Shown here: positions 1 through 13,552 of the stretch, piece after piece
Layout of the letters: each line of letters begins with the position of its first letter
Numbering within the stretch: position 1 is the first letter of the stretch
Assembly (NCBI GenBank): GCA_964057225.1
Contig: OZ059897.1
Coordinates: 62,001 to 126,000 of the forward strand
Reading direction: 5' to 3'
Source of the DNA: Auanema rhodensis
Taxonomy: Eukaryota > Animalia > Nematoda
Length of the DNA: 64,000 bases
The notes under the pieces: generated by a model
What the model was told of the DNA's origin: nothing
Database searches by the model: none
The model's input: the letters and a program-made list of their open reading frames with translations, nothing else
Translations under genes and position numbers: made by a program

Positions 1-352
1 ACATCACGTGTACATTTAATTAGCATAAATTAAAGTTCACGTAAATTTCAAAGTCATGGTTACCATGCACCAATATCAATAAAAATTTGTTTTTAGACTA
101 ATATGGACATGGGGAATCTAATTTTGAAAACCGCATCTCTTTATCTTTCACGTGAAGCGAGTTACATACCAAGTGCACATCACGTGTACATTTAATTAGC
201 ATAAATTAAAGTTCACGTAAATTTCAAAGTCATGGTTACCATGCACCAATATCAATAAAAATTTGTTTTTAGACTAATATGGACATGAGGAATCTAATTT
301 TGAAAACTGCATCTCTTCATCTTTCACGTGAAGCGAGTTACATACCAAGTGC

Positions 353-2112
353 ACATCACGTGTACATTTAATTAGCATAAATTAAAGTTCACGTAAATTT
401 CAAAGTCATGGTTACCATGCACCAATATCAATAAAAATTTGTTTTTAGACTAATATGGACATGGGGAATCTAATTTTGAAAACCGCATCTCTTCATCTTT
501 CACGTGAAGCGAGTTACATACCAAGTGCACATCACGTGTACATTTAATTAGCATAAATTAAAGTTCACGTAAATTTCAAAGTCATGGTTACCATGCACCA
601 ATATCAATAAAAATTTGTTTTTAGACTAATATGGACATGGGGAATCTAATTTTGAAAACCGCATCTCTTCATCTTTCACGTGAAGCGAGTTACATACCAA
701 GTGCACATCACGTGTACATTTAATTAGCATAAATTAAAGTTCACGTAAATTTCAAAGTCATGGTTACCATGCACCAATATCAATAAAAATTTGTTTTTAG
801 ACTAATATGGACATGGGGAATCTAATTTTGAAAACCGCATCTCTTTATCTTTCACGTGAAGCGAGTTACATACCAAGTGCACATCACGTGTACATTTAAT
901 TAGCATAAATTAAAGTTCACGTAAATTTCAAAGTCATGGTTACCATGAACCAATATCAATAAAAATTTGTTTTTAGACTAATATGGACATGGGGAATCTA
1001 ATTTTGAAAACCGCATCTCTTTATCTTTCACGTGAAGCAAGTTACATACCAAGTGCACATCACGTGTACATTTAATTAGCATAAATTAAAGTTCACGTAA
1101 ATTTCAAAGTCATGGTTACCATGCACCAATATCAATAAAAATTTGTTTTTAGACTAATATGGACATGAGGAATCTAATTTTGAAAACCGCATCTCTTTAT
1201 CTTTCACGTGAAGCGAGTTACATACCAAGTGCACATCACGTGTACATTTAATTAGCATAAATTAAAGTTCACGTAAATTTCAAAGTCATGGTTACCATGC
1301 ACCAATATCAATAAAAATTTGTTTTTAGACTAATATGGACATGGGGAATCTAATTTTGAAAACCGCATCTCTTCATCTTTCACGTGAAGCGAGTTACATA
1401 CCAAGTGCACATCACGTGTACATTTAATTAGCATAAATTAAAGTTCACGTAAATTTCAAAGTCATGGTTACCATGCACCAATATCAATAAAAATTTGTTT
1501 TTAGACTAATATGGACATGGGGAATCTAATTTTGAAAACCGCATCTCTTCATCTTTCACGTGAAGCGAGTTACATACCAAGTGCACATCACGTGTACATT
1601 TAATTAGCATAAATTAAAGTTCACGTAAATTTCAAAGTCATGGTTACCATGCACCAATATCAATAAAAATTTGTTTTTAGACTAATATGGACATGGGGAA
1701 TCTAATTTTGAAAACCGCATCTCTTTATCTTTCACGTGAAGCGAGTTACATACCAAGTGCACATCACGTGTACATTTAATTAGCATAAATTAAAGTTCAC
1801 GTAAATTTCAAAGTCATGGTTACCATGAACCAATATCAATAAAAATTTGTTTTTAGACTAATATGGACATGGGGAATCTAATTTTGAAAACCGCATCTCT
1901 TTATCTTTCACGTGAAGCAAGTTACATACCAAGTGCACATCACGTGTACATTTAATTAGCATAAATTAAAGTTCACGTAAATTTCAAAGTCATGGTTACC
2001 ATGCACCAATATCAATAAAAATTTGTTTTTAGACTAATATGGACATGAGGAATCTAATTTTGAAAACCGCATCTCTTTATCTTTCACGTGAAGCGAGTTA
2101 CATACCAAGTGC
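353..2112. repeat. Local 5-monomer (880 bp) tandem duplication, M3-7 = M8-12
   Basis: The variant order T142C / T142C / consensus / C68A+G159A / G112A occurs twice in direct succession. Confidence 0.9.
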
Positions 2113-4224
2113 ACATCACGTGTACATTTAATTAGCATAAATTAAAGTTCACGTAAATTTCAAAGTCATGGTTACCATGAACCAATATCAATAAAAATTT
2201 GTTTTTAGACTAATATGGACATGGGGAATCTAATTTTGAAAACCGCATCTCTTTATCTTTCACGTGAAGCGAGTTACATACCAAGTGCACATCACGTGTA
2301 CATTTAATTAGCATAAATTAAAGTTCACGTAAATTTCAAAGTCATGGTTACCATGAACCAATATCAATAAAAATTTGTTTTTAGACTAATATGGACATGG
2401 GGAATCTAATTTTGAAAACCGCATCTCTTTATCTTTCACGTGAAGCGAGTTACATACCAAGTGCACATCACGTGTACATTTAATTAGCATAAATTAAAGT
2501 TCACGTAAATTTCAAAGTCATGGTTACCATGCACCAATATCAATAAAAATTTGTTTTTAGACTAATATGGACATGGGGAATCTAATTTTGAAAACCGCAT
2601 CTCTTTATCTTTCACGTGAAGCGAGTAACATACCAAGTGCACATCACGTGTACATTTAATTAGCATAAATTAAAGTTCACGTAAATTTCAAAGTCATGGT
2701 TACCATGCACCAATATCAATAAAAATTTGTTTTTAGACTAATATGGACATGGGGAATCTAATTTTGAAAACCGCATCTCTTTATCTTTCACGTGAAGCGA
2801 GTTACATACCAAGTGCACATCACGTGTACATTTAATTAGCATAAATTAAAGTTCACGTAAATTTCAAAGTCATGGTTACCATGCACCAATATCAATAAAA
2901 ATTTGTTTTTAGACTAATATGGACATGGGGAATCTAATTTTGAAAACCGCATCTCTTTATCTTTCACGTGAAGCGAGTTACATACCAAGTGCACATCACG
3001 TGTACATTTAATTAGCATAAATTAAAGTTCACGTAAATTTCAAAGTCATGGTTACCATGCACCAATATCAATAAAAATTTGTTTTTAGACTAATATGGAC
3101 ATGGGGAATCTAATTTTGAAAACCGCATCTCTTTATCTTTCACGTGAAGCAAGTTACATACCAAGTGCACATCACGTGTACATTTAATTAGCATAAATTA
3201 AAGTTCACGTAAATTTCAAAGTCATGGTTACCATGCACCAATATCAATAAAAATTTGTTTTTAGACTAATATGGACATGGGGAATCTAATTTTGAAAACC
3301 GCATCTCTTTATCTTTCACGTGAAGCGAGTTACATACCAAGTGCACATCACGTGTACATTTAATTAGCATAAATTAAAGTTCACGTAAATTTCAAAGTCA
3401 TGGTTACCATGAACCAATATCAATAAAAATTTGTTTTTAGACTAATATGGACATGGGGAATCTAATTTTGAAAACCGCATCTCTTTATCTTTCACGTGAA
3501 GCAAGTTACATACCAAGTGCACATCACGTGTACATTTAATTAGCATAAATTAAAGTTCACGTAAATTTCAAAGTCATGGTTACCATGCACCAATATCAAT
3601 AAAAATTTGTTTTTAGACTAATATGGACATGAGGAATCTAATTTTGAAAACCGCATCTCTTTATCTTTCACGTGAAGCGAGTTACATACCAAGTGCACAT
3701 CACGTGTACATTTAATTAGCATAAATTAAAGTTCACGTAAATTTCAAAGTCATGGTTACCATGAACCAATATCAATAAAAATTTGTTTTTAGACTAATAT
3801 GGACATGGGGAATCTAATTTTGAAAACCGCATCTCTTTATCTTTCACGTGAAGCGAGTTACATACCAAGTGCACATCACGTGTACATTTAATTAGCATAA
3901 ATTAAAGTTCACGTAAATTTCAAAGTCATGGTTACCATGCACCAATATCAATAAAAATTTGTTTTTAGACTAATATGGACATGGGGAATCTAATTTTGAA
4001 AACCGCATCTCTTTATCTTTCACGTGAAGCGAGTTACATACCAAGTGCACATCACGTGTACATTTAATTAGCATAAATTAAAGTTCACGTAAATTTCAAA
4101 GTCATGGTTACCATGCACCAATATCAATAAAAATTTGTTTTTAGACTAATATGGACATGGGGAATCTAATTTTGAAAACCGCATCTCTTTATCTTTCACG
4201 TGAAGCGAGTTACATACCAAGTGC

Positions 4225-7200
4225 ACATCACGTGTACATTTAATTAGCATAAATTAAAGTTCACGTAAATTTCAAAGTCATGGTTACCATGAACCAATAT
4301 CAATAAAAATTTGTTTTTAGACTAATATGGACATGGGGAATCTAATTTTGAAAACCGCATCTCTTTATCTTTCACGTGAAGCAAGTTACATACCAAGTGC
4401 ACATCACGTGTACATTTAATTAGCATAAATTAAAGTTCACGTAAATTTCAAAGTCATGGTTACCATGCACCAATATCAATAAAAATTTGTTTTTAGACTA
4501 ATATGGACATGAGGAATCTAATTTTGAAAACCGCATCTCTTTATCTTTCACGTGAAGCGAGTTACATACCAAGTGCACATCACGTGTACATTTAATTAGC
4601 ATAAATTAAAGTTCACGTAAATTTCAAAGTCATGGTTACCATGAACCAATATCAATAAAAATTTGTTTTTAGACTAATATGGACATGGGGAATCTAATTT
4701 TGAAAACCGCATCTCTTTATCTTTCACGTGAAGCGAGTTACATACCAAGTGCACATCACGTGTACATTTAATTAGCATAAATTAAAGTTCACGTAAATTT
4801 CAAAGTCATGGTTACCATGAACCAATATCAATAAAAATTTGTTTTTAGACTAATATGGACATGGGGAATCTAATTTTGAAAACCGCATCTCTTTATCTTT
4901 CACGTGAAGCGAGTTACATACCAAGTGCACATCACGTGTACATTTAATTAGCATAAATTAAAGTTCACGTAAATTTCAAAGTCATGGTTACCATGCACCA
5001 ATATCAATAAAAATTTGTTTTTAGACTAATATGGACATGGGGAATCTAATTTTGAAAACCGCATCTCTTTATCTTTCACGTGAAGCGAGTAACATACCAA
5101 GTGCACATCACGTGTACATTTAATTAGCATAAATTAAAGTTCACGTAAATTTCAAAGTCATGGTTACCATGCACCAATATCAATAAAAATTTGTTTTTAG
5201 ACTAATATGGACATGGGGAATCTAATTTTGAAAACCGCATCTCTTCATCTTTCACGTGAAGCGAGTAACATACCAAGTGCACATCACGTGTACATTTAAT
5301 TAGCATAAATTAAAGTTCACGTAAATTTCAAAGTCATGGTTACCATGCACCAATATCAATAAAAATTTGTTTTTAGACTAATATGGACATGGGGAATCTA
5401 ATTTTGAAAACCGCATCTCTTTATCTTTCACGTGAAGCGAGTTACATACCAAGTGCACATCACGTGTACATTTAATTAGCATAAATTAAAGTTCACGTAA
5501 ATTTCAAAGTCATGGTTACCATGCACCAATATCAATAAAAATTTGTTTTTAGACTAATATGGACATGGGGAATCTAATTTTGAAAACCGCATCTCTTCAT
5601 CTTTCACGTGAAGCGAGTTACATACCAAGTGCACATCACGTGTACATTTAATTAGCATAAATTAAAGTTCACGTAAATTTCAAAGTCATGGTTACCATGC
5701 ACCAATATCAATAAAAATTTGTTTTTAGACTAATATGGACATGTGGAATCTAATTTTGAAAACCGCATCTCTTCATCTTTCACGTGAAGCGAGTTACATA
5801 CCAAGTGCACATCACGTGTACATTTAATTAGCATAAATTAAAGTTCACGTAAATTTCAAAGTCATGGTTACCATGCACCAATATCAATAAAAATTTGTTT
5901 TTAGACTAATATGGACATGGGGAATCTAATTTTGAAAACCGCATCTCTTCATCTTTCACGTGAAGCGAGTTACATACCAAGTGCACATCACGTGTACATT
6001 TAATTAGCATAAATTAAAGTTCACGTAAATTTCAAAGTCATGGTTACCATGAACCAATATCAATAAAAATTTGTTTTTAGACTAATATGGACATGGGGAA
6101 TCTAATTTTGAAAACCGCATCTCTTTATCTTTCACGTGAAGCAAGTTACATACCAAGTGCACATCACGTGTACATTTAATTAGCATAAATTAAAGTTCAC
6201 GTAAATTTCAAAGTCATGGTTACCATGCACCAATATCAATAAAAATTTGTTTTTAGACTAATATGGACATGGGGAATCTAATTTTGAAAACCGCATCTCT
6301 TCATCTTTCACGTGAAGCGAGTTACATACCAAGTGCACATCACGTGTACATTTAATTAGCATAAATTAAAGTTCACGTAAATTTCAAAGTCATGGTTACC
6401 ATGCACCAATATCAATAAAAATTTGTTTTTAGACTAATATGGACATGTGGAATCTAATTTTGAAAACCGCATCTCTTCATCTTTCACGTGAAGCGAGTTA
6501 CATACCAAGTGCACATCACGTGTACATTTAATTAGCATAAATTAAAGTTCACGTAAATTTCAAAGTCATGGTTACCATGCACCAATATCAATAAAAATTT
6601 GTTTTTAGACTAATATGGACATGGGGAATCTAATTTTGAAAACCGCATCTCTTCATCTTTCACGTGAAGCGAGTTACATACCAAGTGCACATCACGTGTA
6701 CATTTAATTAGCATAAATTAAAGTTCACGTAAATTTCAAAGTCATGGTTACCATGAACCAATATCAATAAAAATTTGTTTTTAGACTAATATGGACATGG
6801 GGAATCTAATTTTGAAAACCGCATCTCTTTATCTTTCACGTGAAGCAAGTTACATACCAAGTGCACATCACGTGTACATTTAATTAGCATAAATTAAAGT
6901 TCACGTAAATTTCAAAGTCATGGTTACCATGCACCAATATCAATAAAAATTTGTTTTTAGACTAATATGGACATGAGGAATCTAATTTTGAAAACCGCAT
7001 CTCTTTATCTTTCACGTGAAGCGAGTTACATACCAAGTGCACATCACGTGTACATTTAATTAGCATAAATTAAAGTTCACGTAAATTTCAAAGTCATGGT
7101 TACCATGAACCAATATCAATAAAAATTTGTTTTTAGACTAATATGGACATGGGGAATCTAATTTTGAAAACCGCATCTCTTTATCTTTCACGTGAAGCGA

Positions 7201-8448
7201 GTTACATACCAAGTGCACATCACGTGTACATTTAATTAGCATAAATTAAAGTTCACGTAAATTTCAAAGTCATGGTTACCATGAACCAATATCAATAAAA
7301 ATTTGTTTTTAGACTAATATGGACATGGGGAATCTAATTTTGAAAACCGCATCTCTTTATCTTTCACGTGAAGCGAGTTACATACCAAGTGCACATCACG
7401 TGTACATTTAATTAGCATAAATTAAAGTTCACGTAAATTTCAAAGTCATGGTTACCATGCACCAATATCAATAAAAATTTGTTTTTAGACTAATATGGAC
7501 ATGGGGAATCTAATTTTGAAAACCGCATCTCTTTATCTTTCACGTGAAGCGAGTAACATACCAAGTGCACATCACGTGTACATTTAATTAGCATAAATTA
7601 AAGTTCACGTAAATTTCAAAGTCATGGTTACCATGCACCAATATCAATAAAAATTTGTTTTTAGACTAATATGGACATGGGGAATCTAATTTTGAAAACC
7701 GCATCTCTTCATCTTTCACGTGAAGCGAGTAACATACCAAGTGCACATCACGTGTACATTTAATTAGCATAAATTAAAGTTCACGTAAATTTCAAAGTCA
7801 TGGTTACCATGCACCAATATCAATAAAAATTTGTTTTTAGACTAATATGGACATGGGGAATCTAATTTTGAAAACCGCATCTCTTTATCTTTCACGTGAA
7901 GCGAGTTACATACCAAGTGCACATCACGTGTACATTTAATTAGCATAAATTAAAGTTCACGTAAATTTCAAAGTCATGGTTACCATGCACCAATATCAAT
8001 AAAAATTTGTTTTTAGACTAATATGGACATGGGGAATCTAATTTTGAAAACCGCATCTCTTCATCTTTCACGTGAAGCGAGTTACATACCAAGTGCACAT
8101 CACGTGTACATTTAATTAGCATAAATTAAAGTTCACGTAAATTTCAAAGTCATGGTTACCATGCACCAATATCAATAAAAATTTGTTTTTAGACTAATAT
8201 GGACATGTGGAATCTAATTTTGAAAACCGCATCTCTTCATCTTTCACGTGAAGCGAGTTACATACCAAGTGCACATCACGTGTACATTTAATTAGCATAA
8301 ATTAAAGTTCACGTAAATTTCAAAGTCATGGTTACCATGCACCAATATCAATAAAAATTTGTTTTTAGACTAATATGGACATGGGGAATCTAATTTTGAA
8401 AACCGCATCTCTTCATCTTTCACGTGAAGCGAGTTACATACCAAGTGC
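4225..8448. repeat. 10-monomer block repeated at 14-monomer (2464 bp) offset (4225-5984 and 6689-8448), overlapping a 4-monomer (704 bp) tandem duplication at 5457-6864
   Basis: M25-34 and M39-48 have identical variant strings, including T142C+T163A and G112T+T142C monomers. M32-35 = M36-39. Confidence 0.85.
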
Positions 8449-11400
8449 ACATCACGTGTACATTTAATTAGCATAAATTAAAGTTCACGTAAATTTCAAA
8501 GTCATGGTTACCATGCACCAATATCAATAAAAATTTGTTTTTAGACTAATATGGACATGGGGAATCTAATTTTGAAAACCGCATCTCTTTATCTTTCACG
8601 TGAAGCGAGTTACATACCAAGTGCACATCACGTGTACATTTAATTAGCATAAATTAAAGTTCACGTAAATTTCAAAGTCATGGTTACCATGCACCAATAT
8701 CAATAAAAATTTGTTTTTAGACTAATATGGACATGGGGAATCTAATTTTGAAAACCGCATCTCTTTATCTTTCACGTGAAGCGAGTTACATACCAAGTGC
8801 ACATCACGTGTACATTTAATTAGCATAAATTAAAGTTCACGTAAATTTCAAAGTCATGGTTACCATGAACCAATATCAATAAAAATTTGTTTTTAGACTA
8901 ATATGGACATGGGGAATCTAATTTTGAAAACCGCATCTCTTTATTTTTCACGTGAAGCGAGTTACATACCAAGTGCACATCACGTGTACATTTAATTAGC
9001 ATAAGTTAAAGTTCACGTAACTTTCACAGTCATGGTTACCATGCACCAATATCAATAAAAATTTGTTTTTAGACTAATATGGACATGGGGAATCTAATTT
9101 TGAAAACCGCATCTCTTTATCTTTCACGTGAAGCGAGTAACATACCAAGTGCACATCACGTGTACATTTAATTAGCATAAATTAAAGTTCACGTAAATTT
9201 CAAAGTCATGGTTACCATGCACCAATATCAATAAAAATTTGTTTTTAGACTAATATGGACATGGGGAATCTAATTTTGAAAACCGCATCTCTTTATCTTT
9301 CACGTGAAGCGAGTTACATACCAAGTGCACATCACGTGTACATTTAATTAGCATAAATTAAAGTTCACGTAAATTTCAAAGTCATGGTTACCATGCACCA
9401 ATATCAATAAAAATTTGTTTTTAGACTGATATGGACATGGGGAATCTAATTTTGAAAACCGCATCTCTTCATCTTTCACGTGAAGCGAGTTACATACCAA
9501 GTGCACATCACGTGTACATTTAATTAGCATAAATTAAAGTTCACGTAAATTTCAAAGTCATGGTTACCATGCACCAATATCAATAAAAATTTGTTTTTAG
9601 ACTAATATGGACATGGGGAATCTAATTTTGAAAACCGCATCTCTTTATCTTTCACGTGAAGCGAGTTACATACCAAGTGCACATCACGTGTACATTTAAT
9701 TAGCATAAATTAAAGTTCACGTAAATTTCAAAGTCATGGTTACCATGAACCAATATCAATAAAAATTTGTTTTTAGACTAATATGGACATGGGGAATCTA
9801 ATTTTGAAAACCGCATCTCTTTATTTTTCACGTGAAGCGAGTTACATACCAAGTGCACATCACGTGTACATTTAATTAGCATAAATTAAAGTTCACGTAA
9901 CTTTCAAAGTCATGGTTACCATGCACCAATATCAATAAAAATTTGTTTTTAGACTAATATGGACATGGGGAATCTAATTTTGAAAACCGCATCTCTTTAT
10001 CTTTCACGTGAAGCGAGTTACATACCAAGTGCACATCACGTGTACATTTAATTAGCATAAATTAAAGTTCACGTAACTTTCAAAGTCATGGTTACCATGC
10101 ACCAATATCAATAAAAATTTGTTTTTAGACTAATATGGACATGGGGAATCTAATTTTGAAAACCGCATCACTTTATCTTTCACGTGAAGCGAGTTACATA
10201 CCAAGTGCACATCACGTGTACATTTAATTAGCATAAATTAAAGTTCACGTAAATTTCAAAGTCATGGTTACCATACACCAATATCAATAAAAATTTGTTT
10301 TTAGACTAATATGGACATGGGGAATCTAATTTTGAAAACCGCATCTCTTCATCTTTCACGTGAAGCGAGTTACATACCAAGTGCACATCACGTGTACATT
10401 TAATTAGCATAAATTAAAGTTCACGTAAATTTCAAAGTCATGGTTACCATGCACCAATATCAATAAAAATTTGTTTTTAGACTAATATGGACATGTGGAA
10501 TCTAATTTTGAAAACCGCATCTCTTCATCTTTCACGTGAAGCGAGTTACATACCAAGTGCACATCACGTGTACATTTAATTAGCATAAATTAAAGTTCAC
10601 GTAAATTTCAAAGTCATGGTTACCATGCACCAATATCAATAAAAATTTGTTTTTAGACTAATATGGACATGGGGAATCTAATTTTGAAAACCGCATCTCT
10701 TCATCTTTCACGTGAAGCGAGTTACATACCAAGTGCACATCACGTGTACATTTAATTAGCATAAATTAAAGTTCACGTAAATTTCAAAGTCATGGTTACC
10801 ATGCACCAATATCAATAAAAATTTGTTTTTAGACTAATATGGACATGGGGAATCTAATTTTGAAAACCGCATCTCTTTATCTTTCACGTGAAGCGAGTTA
10901 CATACCAAGTGCACATCACGTGTACATTTAATTAGCATAAATTAAAGTTCACGTAAATTTCAAAGTCATGGTTACCATGCACCAATATCAATAAAAATTT
11001 GTTTTTAGACTAATATGGACATGGGGAATCTAATTTTGAAAACCGCATCTCTTTATCTTTCACGTGAAGCGAGTTACATACCAAGTGCACATCACGTGTA
11101 CATTTAATTAGCATAAATTAAAGTTCACGTAAATTTCAAAGTCATGGTTACCATGAACCAATATCAATAAAAATTTGTTTTTAGACTAATATGGACATGG
11201 GGAATCTAATTTTGAAAACCGCATCTCTTTATTTTTCACGTGAAGCGAGTTACATACCAAGTGCACATCACGTGTACATTTAATTAGCATAAATTAAAGT
11301 TCACGTAACTTTCAAAGTCATGGTTACCATGCACCAATATCAATAAAAATTTGTTTTTAGACTAATATGGACATGGGGAATCTAATTTTGAAAACCGCAT

Positions 11401-11968
11401 CTCTTTATCTTTCACGTGAAGCGAGTTACATACCAAGTGCACATCACGTGTACATTTAATTAGCATAAATTAAAGTTCACGTAAATTTCAAAGTCATGGT
11501 TACCATGCACCAATATCAATAAAAATTTGTTTTTAGACTAATATGGACATGGGGAATCTAATTTTGAAAACCGCATCTCTTTATCTTTCACGTGAAGCGA
11601 GTAACATACCAAGTGCACATCACGTGTACATTTAATTAGCATAAATTAAAGTTCACGTAAATTTCAAAGTCATGGTTACCATGCACCAATATCAATAAAA
11701 ATTTGTTTTTAGACTAATATGGACATGGGGAATCTAATTTTGAAAACCGCATCTCTTTATCTTTCACGTGAAGCGAGTTACATACCAAGTGCACATCACG
11801 TGTACATTTAATTAGCATAAATTAAAGTTCACGTAAATTTCAAAGTCATGGTTACCATGCACCAATATCAATAAAAATTTGTTTTTAGACTAATATGGAC
11901 ATGGGGAATCTAATTTTGAAAACCGCATCTCTTCATCTTTCACGTGAAGCGAGTTACATACCAAGTGC

Positions 11969-13552
11969 ACATCACGTGTACATTTAATTAGCATAAATTA
12001 AAGTTCACGTAAATTTCAAAATTATGGTTACCATGCACCAATATCAATAAAAATTTGTTTTTAGACTAATATGGACATGTGGAATCTAATTTTGAAAACC
12101 GCATCTCTTCATCTTTCACGTGAAGCGAGTTACATACCAAGTGCACATCACATGTACATTTAATTAGCATAAATTAAAGTTCACGTAAATTTCAAAGTCA
12201 TGGTTACCATGCACCAATATCAATAAAAATTTGTTTTTAGACTAATATGGACATGGGGAATCTAATTTTGAAAACCGCATCTCTTTATCTTTCACGTGAA
12301 GCGAGTTACATACCGAGTGCACATCACGTGTACATTTAATTAGCATAAATTAAAGTTCACGTAAATTTCAAAGTCATGGTTACCATGCACCAATATCAAT
12401 AAAAATTTGTTTTTAGACTAATATGGACATGGGGAATCTAATTTTGAAAACCGCATCACTTTATCTTTCACGTGAAGCGAGTTACATACCGAGTGCACAT
12501 CACGTGTACATTTAATTAGCATAAATTAAAGTTCACGTAACTTTCAAAGTCATGGTTACCATGCACCAATATCAATAAAAATTTGTTTTTAGACTAATAT
12601 GGACATGGGGAATCTAATTTTGAAAACCGCATCTCTTTATTTTTCACGTGAAGCGAGTTACATACCAAGTGCACATCACGTGTACATTTAATTAGCATAA
12701 ATTAAAGTTCACGTAAATTTCAAAGTCATGGTTACCATGAACCAATATCAATAAAAATTTGTTTTTAGACTAATATGGACATGGGGAATCTAATTTTGAA
12801 AACCGCATCTCTTCATCTTTCACGTGAAGCGAGTTACATACCAAGTGCACATCACGTGTACATTTAATTAGCATAAATTAAAGTTCACGTAAATTTCAAA
12901 ATTATGGTTACCATGCACCAATATCAATAAAAATTTGTTTTTAGACTAATATGGACATGGGGAATCTAATTTTGAAAACCGCATCTCTTCATCTTTCACG
13001 TGAAGCGAGTTACATACCAAGTGCACATCACGTGTACATTTAATTAGCATAAATTAAAGTTCACGTAAATTTCAAAATTATGGTTACCATGCACCAATAT
13101 CAATAAAAATTTGTTTTTAGACTAATATGGACATGTGGAATCTAATTTTGAAAACCGCATCTCTTCATCTTTCACGTGAAGCGAGTTACATACCAAGTGC
13201 ACATCACATGTACATTTAATTAGCATAAATTAAAGTTCACGTAAATTTCAAAGTCATGGTTACCATGCACCAATATCAATAAAAATTTGTTTTTAGACTA
13301 ATATGGACATGGGGAATCTAATTTTGAAAACCGCATCTCTTTATCTTTCACGTGAAGCGAGTTACATACCGAGTGCACATCACGTGTACATTTAATTAGC
13401 ATAAATTAAAGTTCACGTAAATTTCAAAGTCATGGTTACCATGCACCAATATCAATAAAAATTTGTTTTTAGACTAATATGGACATGGGGAATCTAATTT
13501 TGAAAACCGCATCACTTTATCTTTCACGTGAAGCGAGTTACATACCGAGTGC
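11969..13552. repeat. 6-monomer (1056 bp) offset duplication, M69-71 = M75-77
   Basis: The rare markers G53A+C55T+G112T+T142C / G8A+A171G / T138A+A171G occur at 11969-12496 and again at 13025-13552. Confidence 0.85.

Noticed and set aside
59-72. RFX X-box (GTTACCATG...)
   Set aside because: Only the left half-site matches; the RGYAAC half is absent in the consensus and in the variants.
3-130. Budding-yeast-type point centromere (CDEI match followed by AT-rich DNA)
   Set aside because: The following DNA is far less AT-rich than a CDEII, there is no convincing CDEIII, and point centromeres are not tandemly arrayed.
1-176. Assignment to known 176-178 bp satellites (Brassica CentBr, Arabidopsis CEN178, honeybee AluI family)
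   Set aside because: Only the length agrees. The consensus has no AAGCTT or AGCT site and I do not recognise the sequence. A BLASTN or satellite-database search is needed.
1-176. CENP-B box
   Set aside because: No TTCG....A..CGGG pattern is present on either strand of the consensus.
1-176. Tandem RNA gene unit (5S rRNA, tRNA, snRNA, spliced leader)
   Set aside because: No recognisable 5S, tRNA cloverleaf, Pol III A/B box or Sm-site gene structure is present.
9348-9530. 60-aa minus-strand ORF (MLIKCTRDV...)
   Set aside because: It spans one satellite monomer. It is open only because A100G (9428) changes a TAG to CAG, and it ends because 176 is not a multiple of 3. There is no recognisable domain or gene context.
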